A stretch of DNA of 64,000 bases from contig NC_043011.1 in NCBI RefSeq assembly GCF_006345805.1, positions 28,966,464 through 29,030,463 of the forward strand, in the 5' to 3' direction. The notes under the pieces were generated by a model. The model was not told the origin of the DNA, ran no database searches, and saw only the letters and a program-made list of their open reading frames with translations. Of the stretch, positions 38,003-50,598 are shown piece by piece; the first letter of the stretch is position 1, and every line of letters begins with the position of its first letter. The DNA comes from Octopus sinensis. Its lineage: Eukaryota. The position numbers and the translations under genes are program-made.

Positions 38003-41000
38003 AGATAGAACCACCACCAGAAACATTAAATGCTATCCGCGAAAAAATTGTAGTGTACAAAATTTACAATTTAAAGGAAAAAAAAATCAGTGATGTAAAA
38101 TACGAAGTAATCAAAAGGTGCTTGGCACTGATATGGGGAAAAATACATTACGTTAGCTGAGGAGTGAGAAGTGCAACAATTGAAGCTCATTTCAACTCGG
38201 CTAGTGTAGCAAAGGAAGTTTCAACGCAAACGTTGAAAAACGAACTAATTATGCTGCTGCCCACTTACTTGGACCGCAGAACGGTTAAAATAACAGTCGA
38301 AGACATTCCAGTCGGTTTTGACATGATGCGAGTGGCTGTGATTTTCGACGTGGAGCAGAAGATAACGGTATTGAGCATGAAGAAAAAAGAACCGGACAAT
38401 TGGAAGGGACAAATTCTTGAAATGGTCGTCCAAGCGGAAAATTCAACACTTGAAAATTTGCCAGATAGGGTTTTCGTGGGGGAGGGGCACACCATCCGTG
38501 TAGCGGTGGAGGGACGTAGGCCTAGGTGCGTCAAGTGCGGGCAAAAGGGCCACGTTCGCTCTGCCTGTATTAAGAAAAAAACGGGTGACGCCCTTCCTCC
38601 AAGTGCTGTGAAAATCACAGAAGATAAAAAATAAAACTGTAATGACTAAAGAAACCAAAGGAAAGAAACAAAGCGAAAACGAAAAGGAGGAAAATAAAGA
38701 AAAACAAAAAGGAGAGGAAGATAAACAAACAGAATCTGAAGAAATGGAGTATACAACTGTCACAAATAAAAGGAAGAAAACTCATACCCTGGACTCTCCA
38801 CCCTAAACAAAAAAGAAAAATAATACAGATGAACAAAATAAAAAAAAAATTCCCCAATGGCACTACTTTAATTGGCCAGCGATTCACCATACCCCACCCT
38901 CCAACATTCAAAGGTCTTAAAAAAACGGACAGAATAGTTATGTACAATGTGAAAAACAAGAAGGTGATTCATTTAATCAAAGCCCACCTGCGTATAAAAT
39001 CTTTTAAAAGTGCTGACAACGAAACTGATTTTCGTTACGCGAAGATCGGTGAGGAGGAGTGGAGAGAGAAGCTCCTCCAAGACCACATAAAAGAGAACCA
39101 AATAAGAGACGTTACACAGGATGTGATAGCTGGCAAACTAATCATCAACCCGGCAGCCACTCCTACCCAGAGCCCGGTGGCAAGCCCAAGAAAGAGCCCA
39201 GCTGAAGCGGAAAGCGTGAGGGAAGCTGGCAAACAAAAAGTGCCATGCTCCCTCTCACAACCGTAAGTGACTTCTTTTATTTTTTTCTATGATTAAATTG
39301 GGTAGTTTGAATGTGCGTGGAATGGGGTCGAAATGGAAACAGGCTTGTTTGCTGGACGGCCTCATTTCACATAGAAGAGATGTGGCTGTGATCACTGAGT
39401 CCAAGATGAGGGGACCTGAAGCGTTCTCACCCCGCCTCAATGGTTACGAGAAATTTACTTCTACGAGACTGAGGGGAGGTGCAGGCGTGGCAGTCCTGAT
39501 CAAGAAGGGCTTACTGATAAGTACCGTCTTTCTGGACCCAGAAGGTAGACTGGTTGTCCTAGATGTAACACAGGAAAGTAAGCAGTACTTCAGGTTGGTA
39601 GCTGTCTATGCTCCTAACTTGCATGGGCAGTTGGGTTTTTTTCGGAACCTGGAGTACTTTCTGTTGACATCTAAAACGTTAGTTTTGTTAGGGGACTTCA
39701 ACACTATCCTCAGTGCGCGGGGCGATAGTGTAGGCTCCACCCATAGGGAGGGGAATCCTTGCCTCAAGAGTCTACTATACAGCTTTAATCTAGTAGACCG
39801 CTACCGACTGGATGAGCCGAACGTTCCACAGAGGACGTGGAGTAATAACGACGGCTCATGCAGATCGTACATAGATAGAATTTTTGTTAACAAAAGAGAT
39901 AAGAATAGCTTTAGCTGTCCACAATTTTGTATTGTGCCTTACACAGATCACAAACTAGTGACATGTGAGGTACATCTAGATAAGTGTCATAGACAGGGAC
40001 CCGGTTATTAGAAAATGAACAAGTCCATTTTGGCTTGTGAACTTTCCATACCCGGATTAAGGAGATAGTGCAGAGGGCATTGTGGGACCATCATTAATAA
40101 TAGGTGGTGACACGCCCTCAAGAGAGCCATCCGTCTTGAGTTCATTAGATTTAGCAAGCAGCAAAGTTTAGATAGGACTAGAATAGAGGGTGACTTAGTT
40201 AAGAGTCTAGATGAGGCAATGGAATCTGGCTCCACATCCAGAGTGTCGGCAGCGAGAACGGCCTTGTACCGTCACCTCAATGCCAAACACGAAGGGTGCC
40301 GAGTCAGAGCTAAGTTACGTGCTGGGAAACGAGAGGGTATTAACGTAGCCAGATGGACATGTCATGTGGAGAGTCAGAAGACCTGTATTAAGTCTTTAAA
40401 TGACAAGCAGGGACGCAAGATTTATGGACAGGGGGAGATGCATTTTGCTTGGGTGTTTGGGGAGAGCGGTCCGCTTCAGCGCGGGGAGCCCTTAAGGGAC
40501 TTCCTAACTGGCGGACCTCGACTCTCGGCATTAGAGGCTGGATGCTGTGAGGGCCCAATCACTCCCGCAGAGGTGCTGGTCGAATGCACAGGAGAAAAGT
40601 CTCCGGGACTGGATGGTCTGCCATACGAGTTTTATCGTTCAATGCCGGATTTGTTTGGAGAGGTTATGTCCAGCGTCTATGCAAACTGACAGCAGAACAG
40701 GAGAATTCCCAGTACTGTGAGCCGGGGAGTTGTGATGCTGGTCCAGAAAGACCCAAGCAAGGGGGATAATATCAGTAACTACAGGCCCATAACTCTACTT
40801 AACGTAGAGTTAAAGATTTGGTCAAGGTGTTAGCAAAAAGGTTGACGGTTGTCGTGGAGAAGCTTGTCGGGAAGGCACAGACTCGTGCAATCCCAGGCAG
40901 GTCGATCTAGGACAAACTTCATCTTCTCCACTACACCTTAGAGAGGGCAAAGGAGGAGGGGCATTGATCCACTTGGACCAGAGTAAAGCATTCGATAGGA

Positions 41001-41388
41001 TAGACCACCGGTACCTGGGGTCGGTCATCGATGTGGCTGGGCTAGGCCCTGGTTTTCGCGGGTGGATCGCCGCAATGTATAGTGGCATCAAGTCCACCGT
41101 CCAGATAAACGGTAACCTAACGGAGCTGTTTTCGATTAAGCAGTCTGTTTGTCAAGGGTGCCCCTTGTCTCTGATTCTGTATGTTTTGACCCTGGAGCCA
41201 TCGCTGAGGAGGCTGGAGAAGTTAGGCGGCAACCCTAATGAGATTGGATGTTGTAGGTTCACTACTGCTTATGCGGACGACGTCACTCATCGTGTCTAAA
41301 GAAGCACAACTACCTCATGTAGAAGATGCTCTCCAAAGATATGAAGCGGTAGCAGGGGCAAAAGTTAACAAGGACAAGTCCATCGGTT
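38003..41388 (+). mobile_element. Tx1-like LINE copy E: 5'-truncated ORF1, EN, linker, RT through YADD
   Basis: 'NYRPITLLN', 'LDQSKAFDRIDH', 'QGCPLS', 'AYADDVT'; multiple stops and frameshifts. Confidence 0.92.
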
Positions 41389-43672
41389 ATTTGTGAAAAA
41401 TTTCTTTTTTCTTGTCATTTGTGACAAGTTCCTTGTTTTTATAATGGAACTTGAATTAATGTCAAAAACAGATTTTCCCGAGATGGGAGAAGGTAAAAAA
41501 TGGCTACACAGGCGAAACAAAGTTTTTCTAACACCTTAGGCGGCAGTAGAACTGGAAGTGGCAATGGAAAAGCTCTTCCAGTTCAGAAAATTAATTCAAA
41601 AAACCAGCAAGGAAACGCGATTGATACCACCCCCTGAAACCATGCAAGCAATCTGCAAGAAGAAGGTGATCTACAAAGTGTACAACATAAAAGAGAAAAA
41701 AATTGCAGACGTAAAAAATGAAATAGTAGAACGTTGTATGGCGCCAATTTGGAATAAGGTTCGCTACGTTAGCCGAGGAGTGAGAAGCACTACGATAGAA
41801 GCACATTTCGAGTTGGCTAATGTAGTGAAAGAAATTTCAACACAAACATTGAAAAGTGAACACATCCTGCTGCTGCCCACTTACTTAGGTCGCAGAACAG
41901 CAAAAGTTACAATAGAGGACATACCCAGTGGTTATGAAGTAATGTGGGCAGTAACAGCAGTCATTTTCGACGTAGAGGAAAAATTGACTATTTTGAGCAT
42001 GAGGAAGAAAGAGGTGAGAAATTGGAAAGGCCAACAACTTGAGATGATTATTCAAGCGGATAATTCTACGCTGGAAAGTTTGCCAGACAGGGTCTTCGTG
42101 GGGGAGGGGCATACTATACATGTATCGGTAGAGGGACGTAGACCCAGATGTTTCAAGTATGGACAGAAGGGTCATGATTGCTCAGAATGCACAAAGAAAA
42201 AAACGGTTAATGCCCCTCCTCAAAACACAGAACAACACAGAAACAACAAAAGAAAGCACGGGAAAAAAAAACAAACTGAAATTCAAAAGAAGGAAAAGAA
42301 AAAGAATGAAAAACAGGAAGAAATGGAATACACAACTGTGACAAACAAAAGGGAAAAATCCAACACCCCAGACTCCCCACCCCAAACAAAAAAAATAAAT
42401 GCAGATGAACAACACAAAAAAACTCTCCAATCCCACCCCGCTGGTACTACATTTGTAGGACAGCATTTCAATAAACCCTACCCCCAACTTTAAAAGGTTT
42501 TAAGAAAACCGATAAATGTATAGCATATAATGCGAAAAATGAGAGAGTGGTGTAGTTTATAAAAGCAAGATCTCACATCAAATGTTTTAAAACTACAGAG
42601 AAAGACCCTGAATGGAAATACGCAAAGGTCGGCGAGGAGGAGTGGAAGAAGAGAGTCTTCCAACAGCATGTGAAGGACAATCTCATCAAAGATGTCACCC
42701 AGGAGGTGATAGCTAGGAAAGTGCAAATCAGCCCGGCAGCCACTCCATCCCAGAGCCCGGTGGCAACGCCAGTGAAATGCCCAGCAACTACGGAGAGTGT
42801 GGGGGAGGCAGGCAAACATAAGCTACCATGCTCCCTCTCACAACCGTAAGTAGAAAACTTTCTTCTTTCATTGATGATTAAGTTGGGCTGTCTAAATGTG
42901 CATGGAATGGGGTCGAAATGGAAACAGGCCTGTTTGCTGAACAACCTCACGACACACAGAATAGATGTAGCCATTGTCACCGAGTCCAAGATGAGAGGAC
43001 CCCAAACATTCTCGTCTCTTCTGAATGGTTACGAGAAATTTATTTCTCCTAGCCGAGGAGGAGGTGCAGGCGTGACAGTCCTTATCAGGAAGGACTTGGA
43101 CTTACAGGTAAGTACTGTCTTCCTGGACCCAGAAGGTAGGCGGGTTGTCCTGGATGTAACTCGTGTGAGTAAGCAGTTCTTGAGGTTGGTAGCTGTTTAT
43201 GCTCCTAATGAGTGTAGGCAGACTGGTTTTTATCGGAACCTGGAGCACTGTCTCGATGCACAGGTCGATAGTGTTGGCCCGACTGATAGAAAAGGAATCC
43301 TTGCCTCAAGGCTCTACCAGCGAGCTTTACTCTAGTAGATCGTTTTCGACTGGATGAGCCAAACGTTGCGCAGTGGACGTGGAGTAACAATGACAGCTCA
43401 CGTAGATCGTATATAGATAGGGTATTTGTTAAGGAACGAGATAGGAATAGCATTAGCTGTCCACAATATTCTGTCGTGCTTTACACGGATCACAAACTTG
43501 TGACATGTGAGGTACATGTAGATAAATGCCATAGACATGGTCCAGGGTACTGGAAAATGAACAAGTCTATTTTGACCTGTGAAGCTTTTTGTATCCGGAT
43601 TAAGGAATTAGTCCAGAGGGCATTATGTGGCACCATCGTTAATAATAGATGGTAGCTCGCCCTAAAGATTTT
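41389..43672 (+). mobile_element. Tx1-like LINE copy F: partial 5'UTR, ORF1 (ATG 41444), EN; deletion to the terminal AAAGATTTT
   Basis: ORFs 41558-42493 and 42871-43335. The last 9 nt match the 3' end of copy B. Confidence 0.9.
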
Positions 43673-43689
43673 ATACTTACCTGGCACAG
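43673..43689 (+). other. Perfect 17-nt U1 5' end (ATACTTACCTGGCACAG) between copies F and G (putative TSD/target)
   Basis: Identical to nt 1-17 of all three U1 genes in the window. Confidence 0.9.
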
Positions 43690-46600
43690 ATTTTTCCTCG
43701 GATTACGTCGGATTATTTTACGCTGTAAGCTGTTATGTTAGTTCGTTCTGTTCTGGATTTACACGTACAATTTTTGGATTATTAACTTGTGGAACAAAGT
43801 AATTTACACCCTTCGGGGTAGAAAATTTCTTTTTATATATGAACTATTAACTCAGTGTGGAATTAACTTTTATCTTGTCACTTGGATTTCAATATGGATC
43901 TTGACTTAATGTCAAATTCTGATTTTCCCGAGATGGGAGAAGTTATAAATAATGGAAAGCAAAAGGATACAAAGGAGAAACAAAGTTTTTCGGAAGCCGT
44001 TGGAGGCAATGTTATAGAACTGGAAGTAGCAATGGGGGATCTCTTTCAGTTCAGAAAGTTAATACAAAGGTATGGAGAAGAAACAAGATTAATACCGCCC
44101 CCTGAAACTTTACAAGCAATCCGTGAGAAGACGGTAATTTACAAAGTATATAACATTAAGGAAAAAAAATAGCGGATGTAAAAAATGAATTGGTAGAACG
44201 GTGTATGGCGCCAATTTGGATCAAGGTTCGCTATGTTGGCCGAGGAGTGAGAAGTGCTACGATTGAAGTGCATTTCGAGTTGGCTAGCATAGCGAAGGAA
44301 ATTTCAACTCAAACGTTGAAAAGTGTAGACATCCTGTTGCTGCCCACGTACTTAGGCCGCAGAACAGCTAAGGTAACAATAGAGGATATACCAACAGGTT
44401 ACGATGTAATGTGGGCAGCAACAACATTCATATTCGACGTAGAGGAGAAATTGAACATTTTAAACATGAGGATGAAAGAGGCAAAATTTTGGAAAGGCCA
44501 GCAGCTTGAAATGATCGTTCAAGCGGACAATGCAACGCTGGAGAGCTTGCCAGACAGGGTCTTCGTGGGGGATGGACACTATGCGGGTATCAGTGGAGGG
44601 ACGTAGGCCCAGATGTTTCAAATGTGGGCAGAAGGGTCACGTTCGTCCAGAGTGCAAAAAGAAAAAACCCGTTAATGCCCCCCTTCAAATGGCTGTGGAG
44701 AACAAAGCAGACATCACAGCAACAACAAAAGAGAACACCCGGAAAAAGCAAAATGAAAGTCAAAAGGAGGAAAAGAAAATGAATGGAAAACAAAACGAAA
44801 ACGAATAGGAGGTGGAAAATAATTTATCAAATAGAAAAGAACTGGAAGTAATGGAATATACGACTGTAACCAACAAAAGGAAGAAATCCAATACCCCGGA
44901 CTCCCCACCCCAAACAAAAAGAGAAACAAACGCAGAAGAACAAAACAAAAAAATTATCCAATCCCACCCCGCTGGCACTACTTTTGTAGGCCAGCATTTC
45001 ATTGAACCCCAGCCCCCAACTTTAAAAGGATTCAAAAAAACAGATAGGTGCATTGCTTATAATGCGAAAAACGAAAGAGTAGTCTGGTTCATAAAGGCGA
45101 AACCAAACATAAAATGTTTCAAATCATTGGAAAAAGACCCGGATTGGAAGTATGCGAAGGTTGGAGAGGAGGAGTGGAAGGAGAGACCCTTCCAACTACA
45201 TGTGAAGGACAACCTGATTAAAGATGTCACACAAGAGGTGATAGCTGGAAAATTGAATATTAGCCCGGCAGCCACTCCATCCCAGAGCCCGGTGGCAACG
45301 CTGGTTAAATGCCCAGCAACAACGGAGAGTGTGGGGGAGGCAGGCAGACATAAGCTGCCATGCTCCCTCTCACAACCGTAAGTAGAAAACTTTCTTCTTT
45401 CATTGATGATTAAGTTGGGCTGTATAAATGTGCGTGGAATGGGGTCGAAATGGAAACAGGCTTGTTTGCTGAACGACCTCATGACACACAGAATAGATGT
45501 AGCCATTGTCACCAAGTCCAAGATGAGAGGAACCCAAGCGTTCTCGCATCTTCTCTGGTTACAAGAAATTTATTTCTCCTAGCCGAGGAGGAAGTGCAGG
45601 CGTGGCAGTCCTTATCAGGAAGGACTTGGACTTACAGGTAAGTACTGACTTTCTGGACCTAGAAGGTAGGCTGGTTGTCCTCGATGTAACTCACGTGAGT
45701 AAGCAGTCCTTCAGGTTGGTAGCTGTCTATGCTCCTAATGAGTGTAGGCAGACTGGTTTTTATCGGAACTTGGAGTACTTTCTAGTGACGTCTAAAACGG
45801 TAGTATTGGTAGGGGATTTCAACACTATCATCGATGCGCGGATCGATAGTGTGGGCTCGTCTGATAGAAGAGGGAATCCTTGCCTCAAGGGTCTACTGAC
45901 GAGCTTTAATCTAGTAGATCGGTTTCAAATGGATGAGCCGAGCATTCCACGGTGGACGTGGAGTAACAATGACGGCTCACGCAGATCGTATATAGATAGG
46001 GTATTTGTTAAAGAACGAGATAGGAATAACATTAGCTGTCCACAATTTTGTATTGTGCCTTACACGGATCACAAACTAGTGACGTGTGAGGTACATATAG
46101 ATAAATGCCATAGACAGGGACCCGGGTACTGGAAAATGAACAAGTCTATTTTGGCTTGTGAAGCTTTCTGTAACCAGATTATGGAATTTGTCCAGAGTGC
46201 ATTATGTGGAACCATCATTAATAATAGATGGTGGATCGCCCTCAAAAGAGCCATCCGTTTGGAGTCCATTAGATTTAGCAAGCAGCTAAGTTTAGATAGG
46301 ACTAGAATAGAGGGCGAATTAGTTAAGAACTTAGACGAGGCAATGGAATCTGGCTGTACATCTGGATTGTTGGCAGCGAGAACGGTCTTGTACCATCACC
46401 TCAGCACCAAGCATGAGAGGTGTAGAGTCAGAGCTAAGCTACATGCAGGGAAACGAGAAGGTATTAACGTTGCCGGATGGGCCCGTCGTGAGGAGAGTCA
46501 GAAGGGCAAAAAGTCCTCTATTAAGTCTTTAACTGACGAACAGGGTCACAAAATCTATGGACAGGAGGAGATGCAGAAGGTCTTTCACCAGCATTTCGCC

Positions 46601-47400
46601 CGGTTGTTTGGGGATGGCAGGTCTTAAAGGACTTCCTAGCCAGTGGGCCTCGATTCTCGGCATGTGAGGTGGAATGTTGTGAAGGATCGATCACTCCCGT
46701 GGAGGTAAGAGAGGTTTTGGCCAAATGCGCCGGGGCTGGATGGTCTGCCCTATGAGTTCTATTGTTGTATGCTGCACTGGTTCAGGGATATACTGGCAGG
46801 CGTCTATGCAAGATGGCAACAGAATGGGAGGATCCCCAGTTCTGTGAGCCGGGGAGTTGTGATGCTGGTCCAGAAAGACCCGAGCAAGGGGTATAGTATT
46901 AGTAATTATAGGCCCATAACTCTACTTAATGTTAAAGATTTTGGCCAAGGTGTTAGTAAAAAGGCTGACAGCTGTCGTGGAGAAACTTGTCAGGAAGGCA
47001 CAGACATGTGCAATCCTAGGTTGGTCGATCGAGGATAATCTTCACCTTCTCCGCTACACTATAGACAGGTCTTAAAGGTCTGTTTGCGATAAGTTATCTA
47101 GGCACGGAATGTCAGTGCCACCAACGTGTCCAAGATGTGGGTTGGACGATGAAACCGTTCAACACGCTTTTGTACATTGTCAGGAGCTGTCAAGCTTGAT
47201 AAGTTACGTAGAACACATGTTGTCGCATCTGGGACGAGTACAGCTGTCAGCTGGATCTATGATAAAGATGATACCGCCAACTGGACTCGCAAAGGAAGGT
47301 GAGGCTTGTTTTCACTGTACGGTGGCAGTACTGAAAGAGTGTGTGTAGAGAACCAGAATGGAAGGTTTGGTGACAGGATCCTTTGTCTCTGGCTCAGTCT
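43690..47400 (+). mobile_element. Tx1-like LINE copy G: full 5'UTR, ORF1 (ATG 43894), EN, linker, RT start, deletion near 47075 to the zinc finger, 3'-truncated
   Basis: ORFs 43882-45381 (frameshifted), 45602-46627 and 47109-47348. Confidence 0.92.
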
Positions 47401-47900
47401 AAAGCTGACTCCCTCAGAAGAACTGTTGAAAAGCTTAGCGAAGAGGACAGTAGTATACAGAACGTTGTCTACGTCCTCAAATAAGATAGAGTTAGCCCCA
47501 ACAGAAGAAATACAGGAATGCCTCGTGAATTTTAACAACTGACCACATTCTATACGTGGAAAAAAGTATGGCAACGAAGATACCATAAACCAATCCACGG
47601 ACCTGTTACGGACAACGAAATGGATACTACTTCTGACGTACTGTGGCAAATGCGTTGCCAGAGTGAGAGTTGGAAGAGTGCCCCCCCCCCCAAATCAAGG
47701 AAGAATGGTTGGTAGCAGCTATAATGCACGATATGAAGGATGGGGTAGAGATCCTCAAGATAACGAGGACCCCAAAGGCCAATTGGTGGGGATATAGCCT
47801 CAAAGTGACTATGTAGGTATCTTTGGAAGACTTGCATAGGTGTACAGAAGAAAGGTGAGGAATTGCAGCTGAATAGATATACAGACAAGCAAGAATTCGA
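47401..47900 (+). pseudogene. Fragment of a divergent Tx1-like ORF1 (similar to 22355 family)
   Basis: 'KRTVVYRTLSTSSNKIELAPTEEIQECL...RGKKY' and later 'RVGRVP...EEWLVA'. Confidence 0.5.
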
Positions 47901-48199
47901 AAAAATACAGAGTCGAATTACAGTGGAGAGGAAAACTAGAAGGGAATGGAAGATGTAAAAAACATCAAGGGAAACAGAAACATGAAGAAAAACAAAACGA
48001 GATAGGATGAAAAAAAGTAAGTATGATAAATTTGCAGAAAAACAATGAAAAAAAAAAGAACATGAACATTGTAAATTATGTTAAACAAAAAGAAAATAAT
48101 GAAAAAAGAACTGATGAATGGACAAGTATTTAGAGTTATAAAATAAAAAGAAAAAAGTTTAATTTTCGGTGGTAAAAGGACACATATGAACGGTTAAAT

Positions 48200-49592
48200 T
48201 AAAGGAAAAAATGAAAGGAAAGGTCACAGTTTCGCATAGTAGCAAAACTGAAGGATACTTGCTGAATCACATGATGAAAGGGAAGCATGTCTCGATGCCC
48301 AATGCAACAGAAATCAGGCAGCGAGACTTGCTGAATCACTTGATCAAAGGGAGGCATGTCTTGCTGCCGAGCGCATTCAACCACAACCAGACTGCAGAGC
48401 AGAGACAAGCTAGACGGTCTACAGCGTGACGAAAACGCCAGCAACACCAGGCTGCTAAGAGGGACGAGTTCTGGTACAGGGCTGCCTTCACCTACGATCC
48501 TGCTAAAAACTATGCCAACAAAGTGATAATCTGAAAGACGGACAAAGTTTGTTCTTCCTCTGGGGCCAAAAAGTGGGATTTCGATGCTCCCGGACTTTGC
48601 TGCTCTAAAGGAAAAGTCCGACTTTCACCGCTAGCTGATCCACCTCAGGTTCTTCGAGAATTGCTTACAAGTCCATCTGAGGGTGCTAAGCATTTTCGTG
48701 AAAGAATTAATAGGTTTAATTTGTGCTTCGCAATGACATGCTCTGGAACAACGAGCATACCAGGTTTAAAGACCACCAAAATCCAAATGTGCCAGGACCT
48801 TCAACTACTGCTTCGACATCAACTGAAAACCCCGATGTCCCCAGATCTTCATGGGCTGTCACGACACCAATAACTGAAAACCCCAATGTCCTTGGACATT
48901 CAAGGGCTGTTACAAGAACAATGATCGAAAACCCCAATGCCCCAGGACCTTCTAGGAACCCTAATGATGAGGATTCAGAGAAGTATGAACATTTCTACAC
49001 CAATAAAATTCATGCACAGTGCTACCATCAAATGGGAAGTCTTCAGCTGATGCCTGGAAAAGAGCCTAGATTCATGCAGATTTTCTTTGTTGGTGGTCAT
49101 GATGAGGAACTTGCTATCAGGAAAAAAACTAATCCAAAACCTGAGCAGGGTGTTATTGAAGTACTTCAGAGGATGCTCCACGAGATTCATCCTTACGTTT
49201 TTGAGTTGAAAAATGCTATGGAAACGTTGGATTCTCAGCCTGATTTAAAATTGGTGATACATGCCGACAAAACTCCTGCCAGTGAGCGTCTTGGTCGTTT
49301 CAATGCTCCAACTACGAATGAGGTTGCAGCACTCCTGGTTGATGAGGTCCATGGAAAGCGCGACATAATCCTCCGGCACTGCGATAAAGACATGACTTTT
49401 GTTTCCGAATTACACTGATGTTATGATTACTTGCAGTGCCCTCTCCTTTTCCCTCAAGGAGAGGATGGCTACTACTTACAAATTAAAAAGGTTGATCCCA
49501 CAACTCACACACCTCTTGACAAGGTTTCCTGCAAGGCATTTTATACCTATCGATTCACGGTGCGAGAAAATGATTTTAATTTAGTACTAAGG
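48200..49592 (+). mobile_element. Helitron family 1 fragment (RepHel N-terminal region)
   Basis: 23-aa STPR-like repeats (AESHDEREACL / AESLDQREACL), 'LCCSKGKV', 'YHQMGSL', 'RFNAPTTNEVAAL', 'YLQCPLLFPQGEDGY'. Confidence 0.85.
48770..48960 (+). repeat. ~48-51-bp tandem repeats (ENPxVP... peptide) inside an insert that interrupts Helitron 1
   Basis: Four units: QNPNVPGPS / ENPDVPRSS / ENPNVLGHS / ENPNAPGPS. Confidence 0.7.
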
Positions 49593-49596
49593 TTTA

Positions 49597-50598
49597 CAAC
49601 CCATTTGGAACAAAATAAAATATGTTGGACATGTGATAGAAAGTGCTACAGTGGAGGCACAATTCACTGACGAAAGTACAGCTAAAGAACTGTCTACACT
49701 GACACTGAAAAGTGAAGAGATAATTCTCCTGCCAACTTATCTAGGCAGGAGAACAGTGAAAATTAAAGTGGAGGAAATTCCAGCTGGTTTGGGTGTATTG
49801 GAAATTGCAGCAGCCATATTATACGACATGGAAGACTAAATGTTCATTCTTCAAATACAGAAAAAGGCGGCCGAAAATTGGATAGGTCAGTCACACGAAA
49901 TGGTGGTCCAAGCCAGACCAAAAATTCTCGAAGGGCTTCCTGATAGTGTTCATTGGGGAGGGGCTGAGCGTGAAAGGGAGTGCTGAGGGACGTAAGCCAC
50001 ACTGTTTTAAGTGTGGAAAAAAAAAAACCACAGAAGAAATAGAATTTACAATAGTAAAATTTCAAAAAAGGAAGAAGGCTTCAGCCCCAGATTCCCCTCC
50101 CCATACACAAAAAACATCAAAAGCTACTATAGGCATGCAAGAAAAAACTCCCCCACAACATCCGCCTGTTAAAACCCATTTCCAAACCCCACCCCAAGAC
50201 ACTGAACAAAACTGTGTCATTTAATGATAACAATGCAGTTTTATCCAGAGTCATTCGAGCACATTATAGAACTCAAGTTTACAAAGCAAATAAAGACATG
50301 CCACCTTACATCTGGATAGCTAGGATGGAAGTAGGATTGTTCAACAAATTAAAAGCCAAATACGCAGATGACATAAAGGACGTGAGCCAAGAAATGGCCA
50401 GCAGGAGTTTTATAGCAAGTCCAGCAGCTACACCACAGAAGAAAAAGGATGGGGAGGAAGCTGAGTTCATGCAGCCCCTCCCCAAACATAAAATGTAAGT
50501 ACCATTTTCTGTGGAAATTAAGCTAGGATGCATAAATGCGTGTGGCCTAGGGTCAAAATGGAAACAACCATCTCTCCTGAACAAACTTAGGTCACTAG
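49597..50598 (+). mobile_element. Tx1-like LINE copy H (divergent): ORF1 3' two-thirds plus EN start
   Basis: 'LLPTYLGRRTVKIKVEEIP', 'RKPHCFKCG', 'SPAATP', then 'IKLGCINACGLGSKWKQ'. Confidence 0.85.
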
